This document shows positions 24,720 through 37,700 of a stretch of 64,000 nucleotides of DNA, in pieces. Position numbers and translations under genes: made by a program. The DNA is from Azolla caroliniana (taxonomy: Eukaryota > Plantae > Polypodiophyta): assembly GCA_043228905.1 (NCBI GenBank), contig JBHGNT010000002.1, positions 25,358,001 through 25,422,000 on the forward strand, given 5' to 3'. Below the pieces are notes generated by a model, which saw nothing but the letters and a program-made list of their open reading frames with translations, searched no databases and had not been told where the DNA came from. The stretch's first letter is position 1; each line of letters starts with the position of its first letter.

Positions 24720-26855
24720 ATGGCGATGCAGCGTCACAGGCCACATTCCAAACAGTGCATTCAAGGAGACGACAACGACGACGACGCCGTGTATACCAAG
24801 ACATCCAAGAAAGTGAAAGTGACGCTAAACAATGGCTGCCTCCTTCGAGAGTTTCATGCTTGCCCTGAGTATCTGAGAGATAATGAGTTCATCCTCTCTC
24901 ACTACAGAGCAGATTTCTCTCTCTCCCAATCTCTCTACAGCCTTTTTCAGATCCATAATGAAACCGTTAATATTTGGACGTAAGATCTCTGTCTCTGTCT
25001 CTCTCTAATTCGATTCACTGTGTTCCTTGCACATATCCTGATTTGGTTTATCTAAATTTTTTTGCAGACACTTGTTAGGGTTTTTCCTGTTCCTTGGATT
25101 GACTATCTTCACTGCTTATGAACTTGGTCATCTACCCACATTTGTAAGGTTAGTGTATTATATATTTGTTCCTCTCTGCCTTGCTATTGAGTTCAATTCA
25201 TCATAAATGTGCTTCGCACACGTGAGATATGGCATAGATCATATGTTATCGGGCGTATAGTAGATGACAGGCATACCATCGTGATTCGTATGGCATATAG
25301 CACGTGTGAGATAAGGCAGAGATCATATGGTATAGGGCACATGGCGTATGACTGACATACCACCATATGGCATATAGCGCATGTGAGATACGACAGAGAG
25401 TATATGATATGGGGCATGTGGCAAATGACAGAAGACCACCATATCATATAGGACACAGGGCATAGGATATACCACATATCATGTAGGGTGTAGCACATCC
25501 CATACATGACATAAGTCATACATATGGCATATGGCATTATGCTATATCACATACATATGGCACTCCATACCACATATTCCATATAACATATGATATATCA
25601 ACATATCACATATCAGATGCCACACACCCATCACTTTATATCACATAACTTGTATCACACATGATCGTAGAGAAACTTACAAATGCCATCTACGTATGAG
25701 GTGTGGGGCATTTACTAGTGTGCACCAGGCTATAGTTTCAGCCTTGCAAATTGGATTGAATTCATCGTGAATGTGCCTCGTATGACATATGATTATAGTG
25801 CAACTCTCAAATGCTAATATCTGGCAAACTTATCATGTTTAATTAGATCATATTGATTACTATAAAGAGAGTCTTGAACAGATACAAGATCAAGTCACTG
25901 TAATTCATGTTTACAAAGATTCTATCTTTTTTATAACTGATTGATGTGGATAAGAATCCTTGAACAGATGCACGATCAAGTACTGACACATCCCTATGCA
26001 GGTGTATTCAGGGACTGGGACATAATATCTCCGATTATTGCCTGCTGGTATGCCCCCTTTATGCATTTAAATTTGAATATATGATCTTTGTTGACTCTTA
26101 TGCTGGATTTTCTATCGTACTTGGCTTGAATTCAGGCTCTACTATATTCTAACTTGTGGATTTTTATTTCTTCTCTCCTTTTTTAATTTTTTGTAATTCA
26201 GCAATCAATGAAGGATGAGATGCACAAAGTTGTGGCACCAATAATGAACCAAGCGACACGATGGCCTTTTTATGTGTTCATGGGGGGATCGATGTTCTGC
26301 CTCCTTGCAAGTGCAATTTGCCATCTCTTCACATGCCACTCCGAGAAGCTTGCGATATTCCTTATGAGGATTGATTATGCTGGGATTGCTACCATGATTG
26401 CGACTTCATTTTTCCCTCCAATCTATTATGTTTTCCAATGCGAACCGATTTGGCAATGGATCTATTTGGGCATGATCTCCACGATGGGGGTAATAACTGT
26501 AGGGGTTCTATTCGCACCATCATTGCAAAGTGGGAAATATAGGCCATTCCGGGCCATGTTGTTCATGTCGATGGGAATGTCGGGTATTATTCCTGCCATG
26601 CATGGAATAGTAACAAACTGGAATGAACCACAATGCCAGGTAACAATCGCCTATGAGGGAGTTATGGCAAGTTGTTATGCCATCGGAGCTATAATCTATG
26701 TTGTTCGGATCCCTGAAAGATGGAGACCAGGATGGTTTGATCTTGGTGGGCACAGTCACAATCTTTTCCATATATTTGTTATGGGTGGTGCAATTGCTCA
26801 TTATCAAGCTGCTCTATTGTTCATTGAGTGGAGGGATGCTAAAGGCTGCCATTAG
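24720..26855 (+). CDS. Heptahelical transmembrane protein (HHP / PAQR / adiponectin-receptor / HlyIII family), ~346 aa. Exons 24720-24979, 25068-25148, 26002-26047, 26202-26855
   Basis: PEYLRDNEFILSHYR, HNETVNIWT|H, SAICHLFTCHS, RIDYAGI, RIPERWRPGWFDLGGHSHNLFHIFV: PAQR motifs with Zn-binding His residues intact; GT-AG junctions keep frame (1041 nt). Confidence 0.93.
25221..25450. repeat. ~78-84-bp minisatellite x3 in HHP intron 2, followed by CATAT-rich low-complexity DNA to ~25660
   Basis: gtgagata..g(c/a)ca(t/g)aga..atatg.tat.gggc...atgac...acca...catatag repeated at ~25222, ~25306, ~25383. Confidence 0.7.
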
Positions 26856-29773
26856 ATCCAAATTCCACTGTAAAAACAATGTGGATACTATTCTTTTTTA
26901 GAAATTCTTTCAAGAATTCTTGTTAAAAGTCATGTATTTTTTTGTGGGAAGGATGGGGCAGATCCAGCAGCTCCTTTTGCCTATGCAGAAGTTTATTGGT
27001 CATAACTAAAAGCTCGAACAAGGTTTGATTATATTGCAAAAATGGTAAAGCATCAGTGTGACACGATAAAGATGATGAAAAATCGAGCCTAAATTGCACG
27101 TAAGATCCTCCAACTTTGCAGAAAATGATTATCTTAGAAGAAAAGAATTGTATGTGGAATCTACACAGAGGCAAGGGGGGTTGGTTTGTATGTGGCTGGA
27201 TTGTATCTGTAACTCAAATTTGGCTTTCCAGGAGCGTCTCAGAAAAATATATAAAAAATGTAGTATTTGTATTATTATGTACAAACCTCAATGGTTAAAA
27301 ATTCAGATAATGGTTCATTCATTAGTCAATGTTAATAAAAAGAAAGCATCATGGGTTATGTATCATAAAAGCACTTCATTAAACTAGTAAAACTCTTCAA
27401 TATTGGTTTGCAAAGTACCCATAGTTCTTGCCTTTCACTACCAAGGTTGCTAGTAGATTTTTCAGTTCTCCTACAATGCTTGCTTTTGCCAACCTACACA
27501 GGATCTACAAACCATTATGTTGTGGTGGTTCAAATGTACTTTCAAGAAAACCTCGAGAGTACTTGCTCTTCTACAACCTACAACAAATGGTCATATGAGC
27601 CATTCATTATGCTGAAGTTATTATTCAGATTGCACTTTCATGTACTCATGTGATGCTTGCTTTACTAATGGTCTGGACTCTGTAAATCTTTGTGTTGCGG
27701 TTGTTTGAAAGTTCTTGGATTGTGCTTGCTCTTTGTAACTGTGCAAATGCTCTGTGAACTATTATTGAATATTCTCTTAAGGCTAATGTAAACTAAAATC
27801 GACATTGATGAAGATATTGCATTGTATAAGTTTGTCATGCAAATACAAGCAGTCATTTTGGACTTCAATCTGGTTCATTTCAGAGCCTTGACAATGAGTT
27901 GCTTTAGCAAAGGCAGATTGTCATAGATGAAGTGAGATTTTTCATGTTTGCCTGTTGAGGAATTATGATCTGTGTATTGAGCATAAGACACTTCAGCATG
28001 GTGAGCTTCAAGAAAGAAAATGGTAGCTACTTAATGCCATCGTAAAAAATTATTCAAATCATTGATCACATCATTGACAAGGGCAAGGATAAACTCAAGT
28101 AGACACAAAATGCCGACTAGACATAAAATAAACAAGATTTGATAATGAAATTCATTTGTCCAACCCTTTTTTATTTTCACTTCCATAACTAATGTAGATC
28201 CTTCACTTAAGTTGGTTGGGACCAACTCATAGAATTCTAAATATACATAAATCATACAAGAAATCTCAAGCATGGATTCGGTTCATCATACAATAAATAA
28301 AGGAAAGTCAAGGTTGGTAGAATGAGATGAAAATCAAAGGCAATGGGGTTGGAAGTGGCTTTTTCTCCACTAGAATTGCAAGAAGTTTTGAATGGGTTAG
28401 GACATTACTTATCTTTTGTCTCAAAGAGGATTTTTAATTGTTAGATTGTTTATTATTTATACAATGTAGAACTTTGATGCACTCCCATACCTTGGAATTG
28501 AGTAGTTAAGAGTGCCATGAAACCTTTTGATGTAAATCTTGTTTCCATCATTTTGTACTTCTTTGACACCTACATATTTCTCATTACAATTTACAAATCC
28601 ATGCATCTAAAATGCTTACACGGAATTTGTTTTTTGTGTCTGCACACAAATGTCATGGGTATTTAGAACCTTTTCCATTCATCAACACTCTCAAAGGGAT
28701 TCATACATGTTTATGGATTTCATAGCGTTGTCCTTCCAACCCATACCCTTGATTTTACTTAAAGTATATTCAATACTCACCTATATCCATGAAGTTCAAA
28801 TTATTATACCTAAGAATGTGTATGCACACATTTTGTGGCTTTTAACTCACACATCTACACTAATGGGCTTACTCTAGACCTAAATACTCACAAAGAATGG
28901 AATTAAATTTAATCTACACTAATACTTAGCCTCAACATGATTCCAAGAGATGTAGAATTGGTTAAGCACTTATCATGGTATTGCCACAAAGTAAGCACTC
29001 TTTGGAAGGGTTTTCGCTTTGCTAAAAGTTTCCCAATACTTCTTCCCATTGGAAGAAGCTATATTGGGTTTTTGTTCTCATAAGTTGCTACCAAATACAT
29101 CTATTTTCAAGCAAGTAAAATTTTCACAATTATGGACTATATATATGAATACATCTTGCAACCGCATTGTCTCGAGTAAACGTGTTGTGGTAGATGAATT
29201 CCTCTTCTTCAAGTTGTCTGTGAATCGGATCATTGCGTGATCCATCTCCAACTCCATCATATATTTCCGTCGATAACACTTTCAAATATTCATTCATTGA
29301 TTGAGTGCCTTCTGGGCACCATGGCATAACATTGGTCTCTTTTTTTATAGGTTTTACTAACTCTCTCACCTTCAAGTTTCCCACCAATATATATACATAC
29401 AAATTACATAGTATGAACCGTACGTGCATTCGTAATCATTCGCGAATGGTAAACACACTGGAAGTATGGTAAATACCATACTTTTGTATTCATTAATTAT
29501 TATAAGGTAAGAAAGTTAAGGTAAAAAGTGTAATAAAAAAACATACGAATGTTTTGATAACAATACGTATGAAAAAGAATGTTTGCCAATACTGCATTCG
29601 AGAATATTATGTACTATGAATTACAATATATAATGTGCTTCCAAAATCTCTGTCTCTGCAGATTTTCCAGGAATGCTTCGCATTGCCATGGCTGACAGAA
29701 GCCGCGCAGGAGACCATCAGATTCCAATCCGGAGATCCATAAATATCGACTCAGAGATCCTTCTTTGTCTCCA

Positions 29774-32047
29774 ATGGTATCCCGCTTCGTCCTCACGGTC
29801 CCCACCGATATTTCCTGTTATGCGACTTTGTTGAGGCATTCGTGTAGCTCTACGTCCATTTCTCATGGAAACCGCGTTTTCTATCATATCGCACATGAGT
29901 CTGTTGATAAATATTGTGTTTTTGTGGTCAATCTCGTCTTGCGTATGTATGGTATCTGTGGATCCATGGATGACGCATTTGCACTGTTCTTGATGATGGA
30001 AGAGAAGGATAAATTCTCGTGGAATTTCATCATTAGGTCATGTGTCTTGAATCGTAGAAACAGTGATGCATTGTTTCTGTTTTATTCGATGATTGGTGAA
30101 GGCTTCTTGCCAGATAACTTCATATATCCTAGCATTCTTTCTTCTTGTAACTGCCATGCTCACCTTAGTGATGGGAAAAGGATACATGATCTCATCAAGA
30201 GATCCGAATGTGCGATGAAAGACGTTGTTGTTGCAAATGCTCTTATTACCATGTATGCAAATTGTGGTAGCTTGGAGGATGCTAGGACTATATTCAATCA
30301 TATGTTCGTGAAAGATGTTATAACGTGGAATGCCATCATCAATGCATATGCTCAACACCAACAAGGGCAAGATGTAATGGATCTTTTCAAGAAAATGGAT
30401 AGAATTGGAGGAATCCGGCCAACAAAGATCACCTTTGTTAGTATTCTTTTCAATTTCGGAAATACCTTGACGTTGATGGATGCAAAGTACATTCATAATC
30501 AAGTGAGAGAGAAAGGATTTGAGACTGATCTCATGATTGGAAATGCAATAATCAACATGTATCTCAAATGCAATGGTCTTGCTGATGCGAAACTTATGTT
30601 TGAGAATATGCTCTCACGCGATATAGTGTCATGGAATGGTATACTCAAGGTGTATGTGCAGCACGGTGACCATAAGAATGTGATTCATCACTTTCTTAGA
30701 ATGCAAGGAGAAAGCATATTTCCTGATAAATCTACATATGCCACTGTACTTACAGCATGCGCTAACCGAGGAGCACTTTGTGAAGGCAAGAGAATTCATT
30801 CTTGCATCATTCCTACTGGAATAGAGTCAGATGCATTTACTATGTCTGTCCTTGTATCCTTATATTGCAAGTGTGGGATGTTGCAAGAAGCTGAGCATGT
30901 CTTCGAAATGATGCACGATCAGGATATTTTTTGCTGGAATAATATGATAGCAATAAACGCTCAACATTCGAAAGGTTTAGAATCTTTGAAATTGTTTCAC
31001 CGCATGCAAGAAGAAGGTTTGATCCCTGATAAATTTGTATTCGCAAGTGCTATTTCAGCTTGCATAAACAAGGAAATGTTTGTAGAAGGTCAATTACTCC
31101 ACACATTAGTAATAGAAAGTTGTTGTGAAATGGATACTGCAGTTGGTACTGCACTTGTAAACATGTATGGGAAATCTTGTGACTTAGAAAGGGCAAGAGT
31201 TTTATTTTCAAAAATGACTGGAAGAAACACATTATCATGGTCAAGCATGATTGCTATTCTCATTCACTATGGGCAATGGAAGGATGCAGTGACATTGCTG
31301 CCCCAAATGTGTAATGAAGGAATATTACCCAACAAGGCTAGTTATGTTAACCTTCTTTCAGCTTGTGCCACTTTGGCAGATCTAACAAGAGGCAGGCAAT
31401 TGCATACACATATCTATGGTATTGAATCTCAATCTGACGTAGTTCTTGGAACTGCCCTTCTGACTATGTATGGAAAATGTGGCAATGTTGAAGATGCATT
31501 CAATATATTTGATGATATGCGAGAACATAACATATTATCATGGAATGCATTGCTTATAACATGTGCCCAATGTGGCCAGGGGTTAAGGGCATTAAACATG
31601 TTTCAATCTATGCATAGAACAACAATTATGCCAGATAATGCAACCTTTATTAGTTTACTTTCTGCTTGTAGCCATTCTGGTCTCATAGATGACTGTATTG
31701 TGTGCTTTTCATTAATAAATAGTGTAGTTCTTGATGGTGACCATTTCAATTGTATGATTGATGCTCTTGGAAGAGCAGGAAGGATAGAGGATGCAAAATT
31801 TCTTCTTGATAATGGACCATTTCATCCAACTGTAACTTCATGGATAATATTACTCTATTGTTCCAGAAATCTATATGATATGAAAAAAGGAGACCATGCA
31901 GCTATGCACGGATGGGAACTAAACCCAGAAATTTCTGGGCCTTATATTACGTTATCGAATATGTGTGTTGGAGAGGAAAACCACTTTGATGGTCATGATG
32001 ACTTCACAGAACAAAAGTATGGTATTTGCAGCAATTATACGCAGTGA
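29774..32047 (+). CDS. PLS-class pentatricopeptide repeat protein with E domain, no DYW (putative organellar RNA-editing specificity factor)
   Basis: Intronless ORF with about six P-L-S triplets (MYANCGSLEDAR, DVITWNAII, PDKSTYATVLTAC), then FISLLSACSHSG, FNCMIDALGRAGR and E motif ...GPYITLSNM, then stop. First in-frame ATG at 29774; in-frame TGA at 29693. Confidence 0.92.
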   Translation: MVSRFVLTVPTDISCYATLLRHSCSSTSISHGNRVFYHIAHESVDKYCVFVVNLVLRMYGICGSMDDAFALFLMMEEKDKFSWNFIIRSCVLNRRNSDALFLFYSMIGEGFLPDNFIYPSILSSCNCHAHLSDGKRIHDLIKRSECAMKDVVVANALITMYANCGSLEDARTIFNHMFVKDVITWNAIINAYAQHQQGQDVMDLFKKMDRIGGIRPTKITFVSILFNFGNTLTLMDAKYIHNQVREKGFETDLMIGNAIINMYLKCNGLADAKLMFENMLSRDIVSWNGILKVYVQHGDHKNVIHHFLRMQGESIFPDKSTYATVLTACANRGALCEGKRIHSCIIPTGIESDAFTMSVLVSLYCKCGMLQEAEHVFEMMHDQDIFCWNNMIAINAQHSKGLESLKLFHRMQEEGLIPDKFVFASAISACINKEMFVEGQLLHTLVIESCCEMDTAVGTALVNMYGKSCDLERARVLFSKMTGRNTLSWSSMIAILIHYGQWKDAVTLLPQMCNEGILPNKASYVNLLSACATLADLTRGRQLHTHIYGIESQSDVVLGTALLTMYGKCGNVEDAFNIFDDMREHNILSWNALLITCAQCGQGLRALNMFQSMHRTTIMPDNATFISLLSACSHSGLIDDCIVCFSLINSVVLDGDHFNCMIDALGRAGRIEDAKFLLDNGPFHPTVTSWIILLYCSRNLYDMKKGDHAAMHGWELNPEISGPYITLSNMCVGEENHFDGHDDFTEQKYGICSNYTQ

Positions 32048-32993
32048 AACATGTACCATATCCACTAATATATCATGTGTGCTGGAAAAATGGCATCAGC
32101 TGTACTGGAAATTACAACGTTTGTTTCATATTGTCTTTCATTCTTGAGGGCATCAGAGCCACAACTGTTTCAGCGTTTGCGTGAATATTTCTGGCTACTT
32201 TCCCAACTCAAGTTTGATTGTGTATCAGTGATTGCTGTGTGGACTATGAAATTCCCATATATCTTGGTCAAATTACAAGGAAACCTTAGCAAATCAGGGA
32301 AGGTGGAATGAACGTGAAACTCCTACCCCATCAAGAAAACATTTTGACAGCAATTTATAACTCACAAAAGTACAGTACACAGTGATATTGCATGCCATGT
32401 GCACTCCACAATAAGAAACATAGTTACCTTGCTATTTTCAAGGTTCTTTCTCCAGTAATTATATGATATATATGATTTTAATTAAGCACTGCCAAAGCCA
32501 ACCATAAACTTCTATGCTGTTAAGTATTCATTAGTGAAGGACAGATAAGTAAACCATGAGAAAGCTTCACCTCAAAAATAAATGAAGTGATAAAAAATCA
32601 TGCCTGAAAAGTAGATGAAGATTCCCCATTAAGGGATAACTCTCATATCGACATAAGCCAATTGATTATACACAATGGAGAAACAAAGTAGGGGAAAACC
32701 AAAACACAGATGTTTGTTTTCAAAACTGTACAACCGCATGCTGATTTGAACTTCAGCAACACTTTATGTATGGCTCATACATACTCTCCAAATTCTGTGC
32801 ACCTCCATTAACTCACAACTCACTCCATGTGAAACAAGACCAAACCAAAGCAGAAGCCCTTCCATGTATTAACAATGTTTCAATCGAAACAATTATGTGG
32901 CTTCGTAGCCATAACAATGTTGTATGCTTCATCATGGAAATCATTTAACCAAAAGAGGAACAAAAAATCCACGACAGAATTTCCTCGTGGTGG

Positions 32994-34713
32994 TCATGAT
33001 GTTGGTGTCTTTGTAGAATCTGCCGTTGTGAGTTTCTGCAATGGTTTCAGGGTTTCCATAATGTTTGTGAATGAGGGACGTTGCCTTGGATCACTGTGTT
33101 TGGTATGTCAAAAGCATTATATCAGTTAAACTTGCATTTGATTGAAAATATAAACATGATTCCTGTTGACCTTACATTGCCCAGCATGATTCAATTAGGG
33201 CTGCTATGTCTGGATGCATGTCATTTGGGATAGGAAGCCTCCTCTGTTGAAAACCTACTGCTCCTACAACCTGTGCCAATAATAAATACTAAGTAGACTT
33301 ATTTACATTTTTATAAATTTAAAGATACGCATTTATCAGCACAGCGTAGACATGTTTGCCAATACAAATTGAACATGTTAATGAATACAAAGGGGACATA
33401 TTAATGCACTAGTACATCAGATCAGGATACTACAATTTTGTTCCAAAAAAGAGCTTAATATCTCAGATACATTTTTCTAATCAACTAAATAGATACAATG
33501 GTAAGTACACTATACTTTAATATGTCAGTATAAGGGGATAATTCTTGGTTTCTTATGAAAGTGTGAACACAGCCACCTTTGTCTAGCCAAGATTTGGTCG
33601 CAACTTGTGTGGATGCAAAAGATGAAACAATAGAAGTAACCTTAGGATTGGGTTTGATCCCTTTAAAAATATTCCATAAATGATGGTATTGCAACAGTCA
33701 TCTGCAATTTCCAGTCTACATGGTTAGTTACATCTACAACAGAATTTTTGTGAATTTGAGTGATGGTGGAAGATATAACAGTGGCATTAGAAGCCATAAA
33801 ATCCCTCCTTTGAAACTATAAACTTATTATTGTAACTAGGTGCACAACTTCATCATCTCCAATTCCAAATCCTGGATTGTTGGTTCCATCTCGATAAACT
33901 CTTTGGCAAGTTGAGGAATGCTAGAAGACATAATTGTGGCATTTGAAGCCATGGAATCCATCCCCTGAAGCTGTTCGAAGAATATTCTTTGTTGGAAAAT
34001 GAAGATGTACTTAGTCTTTAAGTATGTGCCATTGACTTTAATGTAAGTACTACCTAGCATGAGCTTGTATCTAGAGCGCTAGGTCATATTAAATGACAAG
34101 TTGGTTGATAGAAAAGGAATATCCCCACTACTATCAACCAACTTGCACATTTTAATGCGACGATAAGACCAAACACGAAATACAAATATCCACCCACTTT
34201 CTCTTACACTTGGATGCTGTGATTATTATCTGTTTCAACTACCTTTGTAAGTTGACTAGTCTAGATCCCACTTGAAGCTCTAAGGTGTGAGAACACGGGA
34301 CAACTATCATTGTAATCAACTCTCATATGTGATAGAAAGTTTTGTATTCACACATACATCTCTGTGAGTGTAAGTCATATATGCCTACTTAGACAATTCT
34401 CGATATTTACTTCGTAGGGTAAATCTCTGCACAGATCGACCCACAAACATTTTTCTGACAAGATGACATAAGAGGCCAGCAGCAGAGGAAAAATAAAGTA
34501 CTAAACAAGAATTGTCTTTCTTCGTGAGGTTTTACGCTTTTAAATACAAAAATGGGAGGGGAGTTTGTAGCAGGTACATTTATGAAAAGACTAGGAGCAT
34601 AATGGGTTAAAGTAATGTTGTGTAGTGGAGAGAAAAACATTATGTTATGAATGTTGTAGTTAGTAAGTGGCAGATCCAGAAGTCAGATGAAATAAATGAT
34701 GGAATAAAGTGAA

Positions 34714-34758
<45 letters not shown>

Positions 34759-37700
34759 TGTATAGTGTGTCAAAGGGAGAGATTTGTTTTGGGGTTGTCA
34801 CCCTACAACATTAGTTGCATCACTTTTACATCATCAGTTATACTCGCAACATTATGCCAAGATACAACAAATCCATGGGCATTATAACGTGATCGAGTCC
34901 ATACTATTAATGCAAAATACAGTCTAACATTGTTCGATATTGGCAGTTAAATCTCAATGAAGTTAAAGATAGTGAGGTCTCTTGTGCAAATGATACATGT
35001 CTAATTTCAATGATGTTTTTCCCATTTAGAACTGCAGTAACTCTCTGAATTTCAAATTGTAAATGCCGAGAAAATCATCCACTGATGCCAACTAATATAT
35101 TTAAATGGTAATGGACTGATTTACTAGCCTCTCAATTTATATAATCAAGTAAGACATGTTCATTATTGTAAGTCTTGGTTATGTATTTTAAACAATAAGC
35201 TTTTCAAAACAAAATCCAAACCTCTACTGTAAGACATGAATATATTACACGGAACTCACCTGTGCAGGGCTTAATCCATTCCAAGGTTGTTGAAGAGTGA
35301 AAAGCTCCCACAAAATCACACCAAAGCTGTAGACATCTGATTTTTCATTTGATGGTTCATCTCTTAAAACCTCTGGGGCCATCCACTCAGCCTGCACTCA
35401 TGCTAGAGACTATCAAAAAAATGTAATAGGTATCACAGATCTAATGCAAGATTATATTCCCTCAAGTGGTATGCCACTAACTCGGTATTACTTGAAATTT
35501 CTTAACTCCAATCAATCATTATAAACAATATATATATATATGTTTTAGACAGGAACCATGACATCAATATACCGTGCCAGCGGCAGAGCGAGAGGAAAGG
35601 AACGTTTTCATTTTGAGACGAGAAAGTCCAAAATCACAAACCTGCAATACATTAGCAGACATCCTCAGTTTAGAAACTAGCTCCCTTAAATGTCCCTGAG
35701 TAACAAGAAATTAATTTGTTTATCCATTGCAGGATACCAAACTTACTTTTACAGTCCATGTCTTATCAACAAGAAGATTAGGAGACTTCAAGTCTCTATG
35801 TACTATTGGAGGGTTCAAACGGTGGAGATAATTGATTCCTCTTGCCTATTCAGGAAAGCAAATATATATTTCAGTTAAATAGAATCTCCCATTAGATAAC
35901 ATAAAAACACATTCAATAATCAACACATGACACACCACATCTAGTGCCATCCGTATCCGGCGTCGTTCATCCAGCTGATCTCGCATACCAGGCCTATGTA
36001 TAAGCCGAAACAAGCTACCCCTGAAATAATACAATGCAAGATCATTTCCATAAATTTCTATAAGAAAGAAAAATAACCATAAACCTTCAATATATTTTAT
36101 TGGTACACGAAATTATCTTCTACAAACATAGAAACATCCAGTAGTATACCTAGGAAGATACTCTGTGACAATAGAAAGGTTAGGACGCTTCATCACCACC
36201 CCCATGAAAAGAACCACATTAGGATGTCTTGTTCGCTTCAAGATAGCCACCTTTGAAAATGCAAATATTGTTACTACCATAGAAACATAACCAATCAATA
36301 GAAAGACCTCAAGCATGATAAAGACTGAAAGTAAAAGCAATTAAGCATCCTTTGACTATCTAACAGCATCATAGGATGATCAAAAACAACCTTCTAGTTA
36401 TTGTTATCCATGGTAATTAAAGTCAAGTTCATTATATAGAGTCATACATGTGTGCATACTGGATCACAATTCACATTTCATATTTTAAGTTAATATTAAT
36501 CATGAACAAACACGATTAATGTGATACCTAGGACATTGCGTGCAAGGCTGCCAGTGTGCTATGACCAGCAAGAAGTAGAAAGATTTCCTAAATTTCTCAT
36601 TATTGTGAAATACATGCTCCTGTTGCTGTTTCCAGCAGATTTGACACCATCTCCAAAGCCTTCTTACAAAATAGGGGTTGGCAAAATATCTCTTTCCCAG
36701 AACCATCTAATTGAAGACAAGGCCAAACAGGCTCAGCCAAATTCCTAGAGAATGTGGAACTGGGATCCAATATGATCCTCTCATTAGCCCCAATCCTATC
36801 AGGTCAGGAAATTCAGGGTCAAAGATGAGGAGGCGGTCTTACAGAGGGACACAACAGCATTGAGCACACATAGAAAACGCAACCCTCCCAGTAAAGACTC
36901 CAAGATTGTGCATTGTTCCTGGAGAACTCTACAATCATTCCCCATAGGCGTCCCTTCTCATTTCTAGTGCTATATTTCATCTACTTCAATCATGCTCATT
37001 GTGCACACTAGTAGATAACAACATTTTTAGAACTGACACAGTGAGGGTGGAGCTTTTCAAGATCCAGATGAGGAGCGGCTATGACTATAAGAGCACCAAG
37101 ACTTATTAGACCTAAACTAGGGATATGGGCAAGCGGTGCTGGCTTCACATGTCACCTGAAGGAACATTGATTCATTTCTTTAGCTACATTATTCGAGTAG
37201 AGTGATAAATTCTCATTTTCCCCACCTGAGTAAGACAAATGGGCACACTAGGTATTCCCTTTCCCCACCAACAGACTGGGAAATGTCATGCTGAAATATT
37301 CTGCCATACCTAAGATGACACACATGGTCTTTTCAGGTTGAGCAAAATTGACACTCTCAAGAAGCTTCAAATTTTGGACAAGTGCCCGTAGTCATCCAAA
37401 GAGCATGTCATTTCACAAATTTTCTTGATATGAAATGTGTAATAATTCTCTTATAATGAGACATTTGAAGTGAAAATCAAGAAAACAGAAACTATAAGAA
37501 AAGGAGGAAGCGTAGGTGCAGTTTAATTTGCTATATACTGACTTCTCTCATAAACTCGTCCAATCGTTCCTCGAGGAAATCTTGCTCAATGAAAACTTTC
37601 ACAGCAACTTCCTGGAATCACAAAACCATCTGATAAACACAATAAAAATCCAAGGAATCAAAAGAAAGTGGCACGTGATGGCCCTGATTAAGTGGGCTAT

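Noticed and set aside
28400-29430. Short ORFs that might be transposase debris upstream of the PPR gene
   Set aside because: No diagnostic catalytic or zinc-finger motif recognisable by eye
34652-34810. TGTTGTAG...CTACAACA termini around an (AG)n tract, possible mini solo LTR
   Set aside because: Flanks (atgaa / ttagt) are not a TSD and no PBS follows
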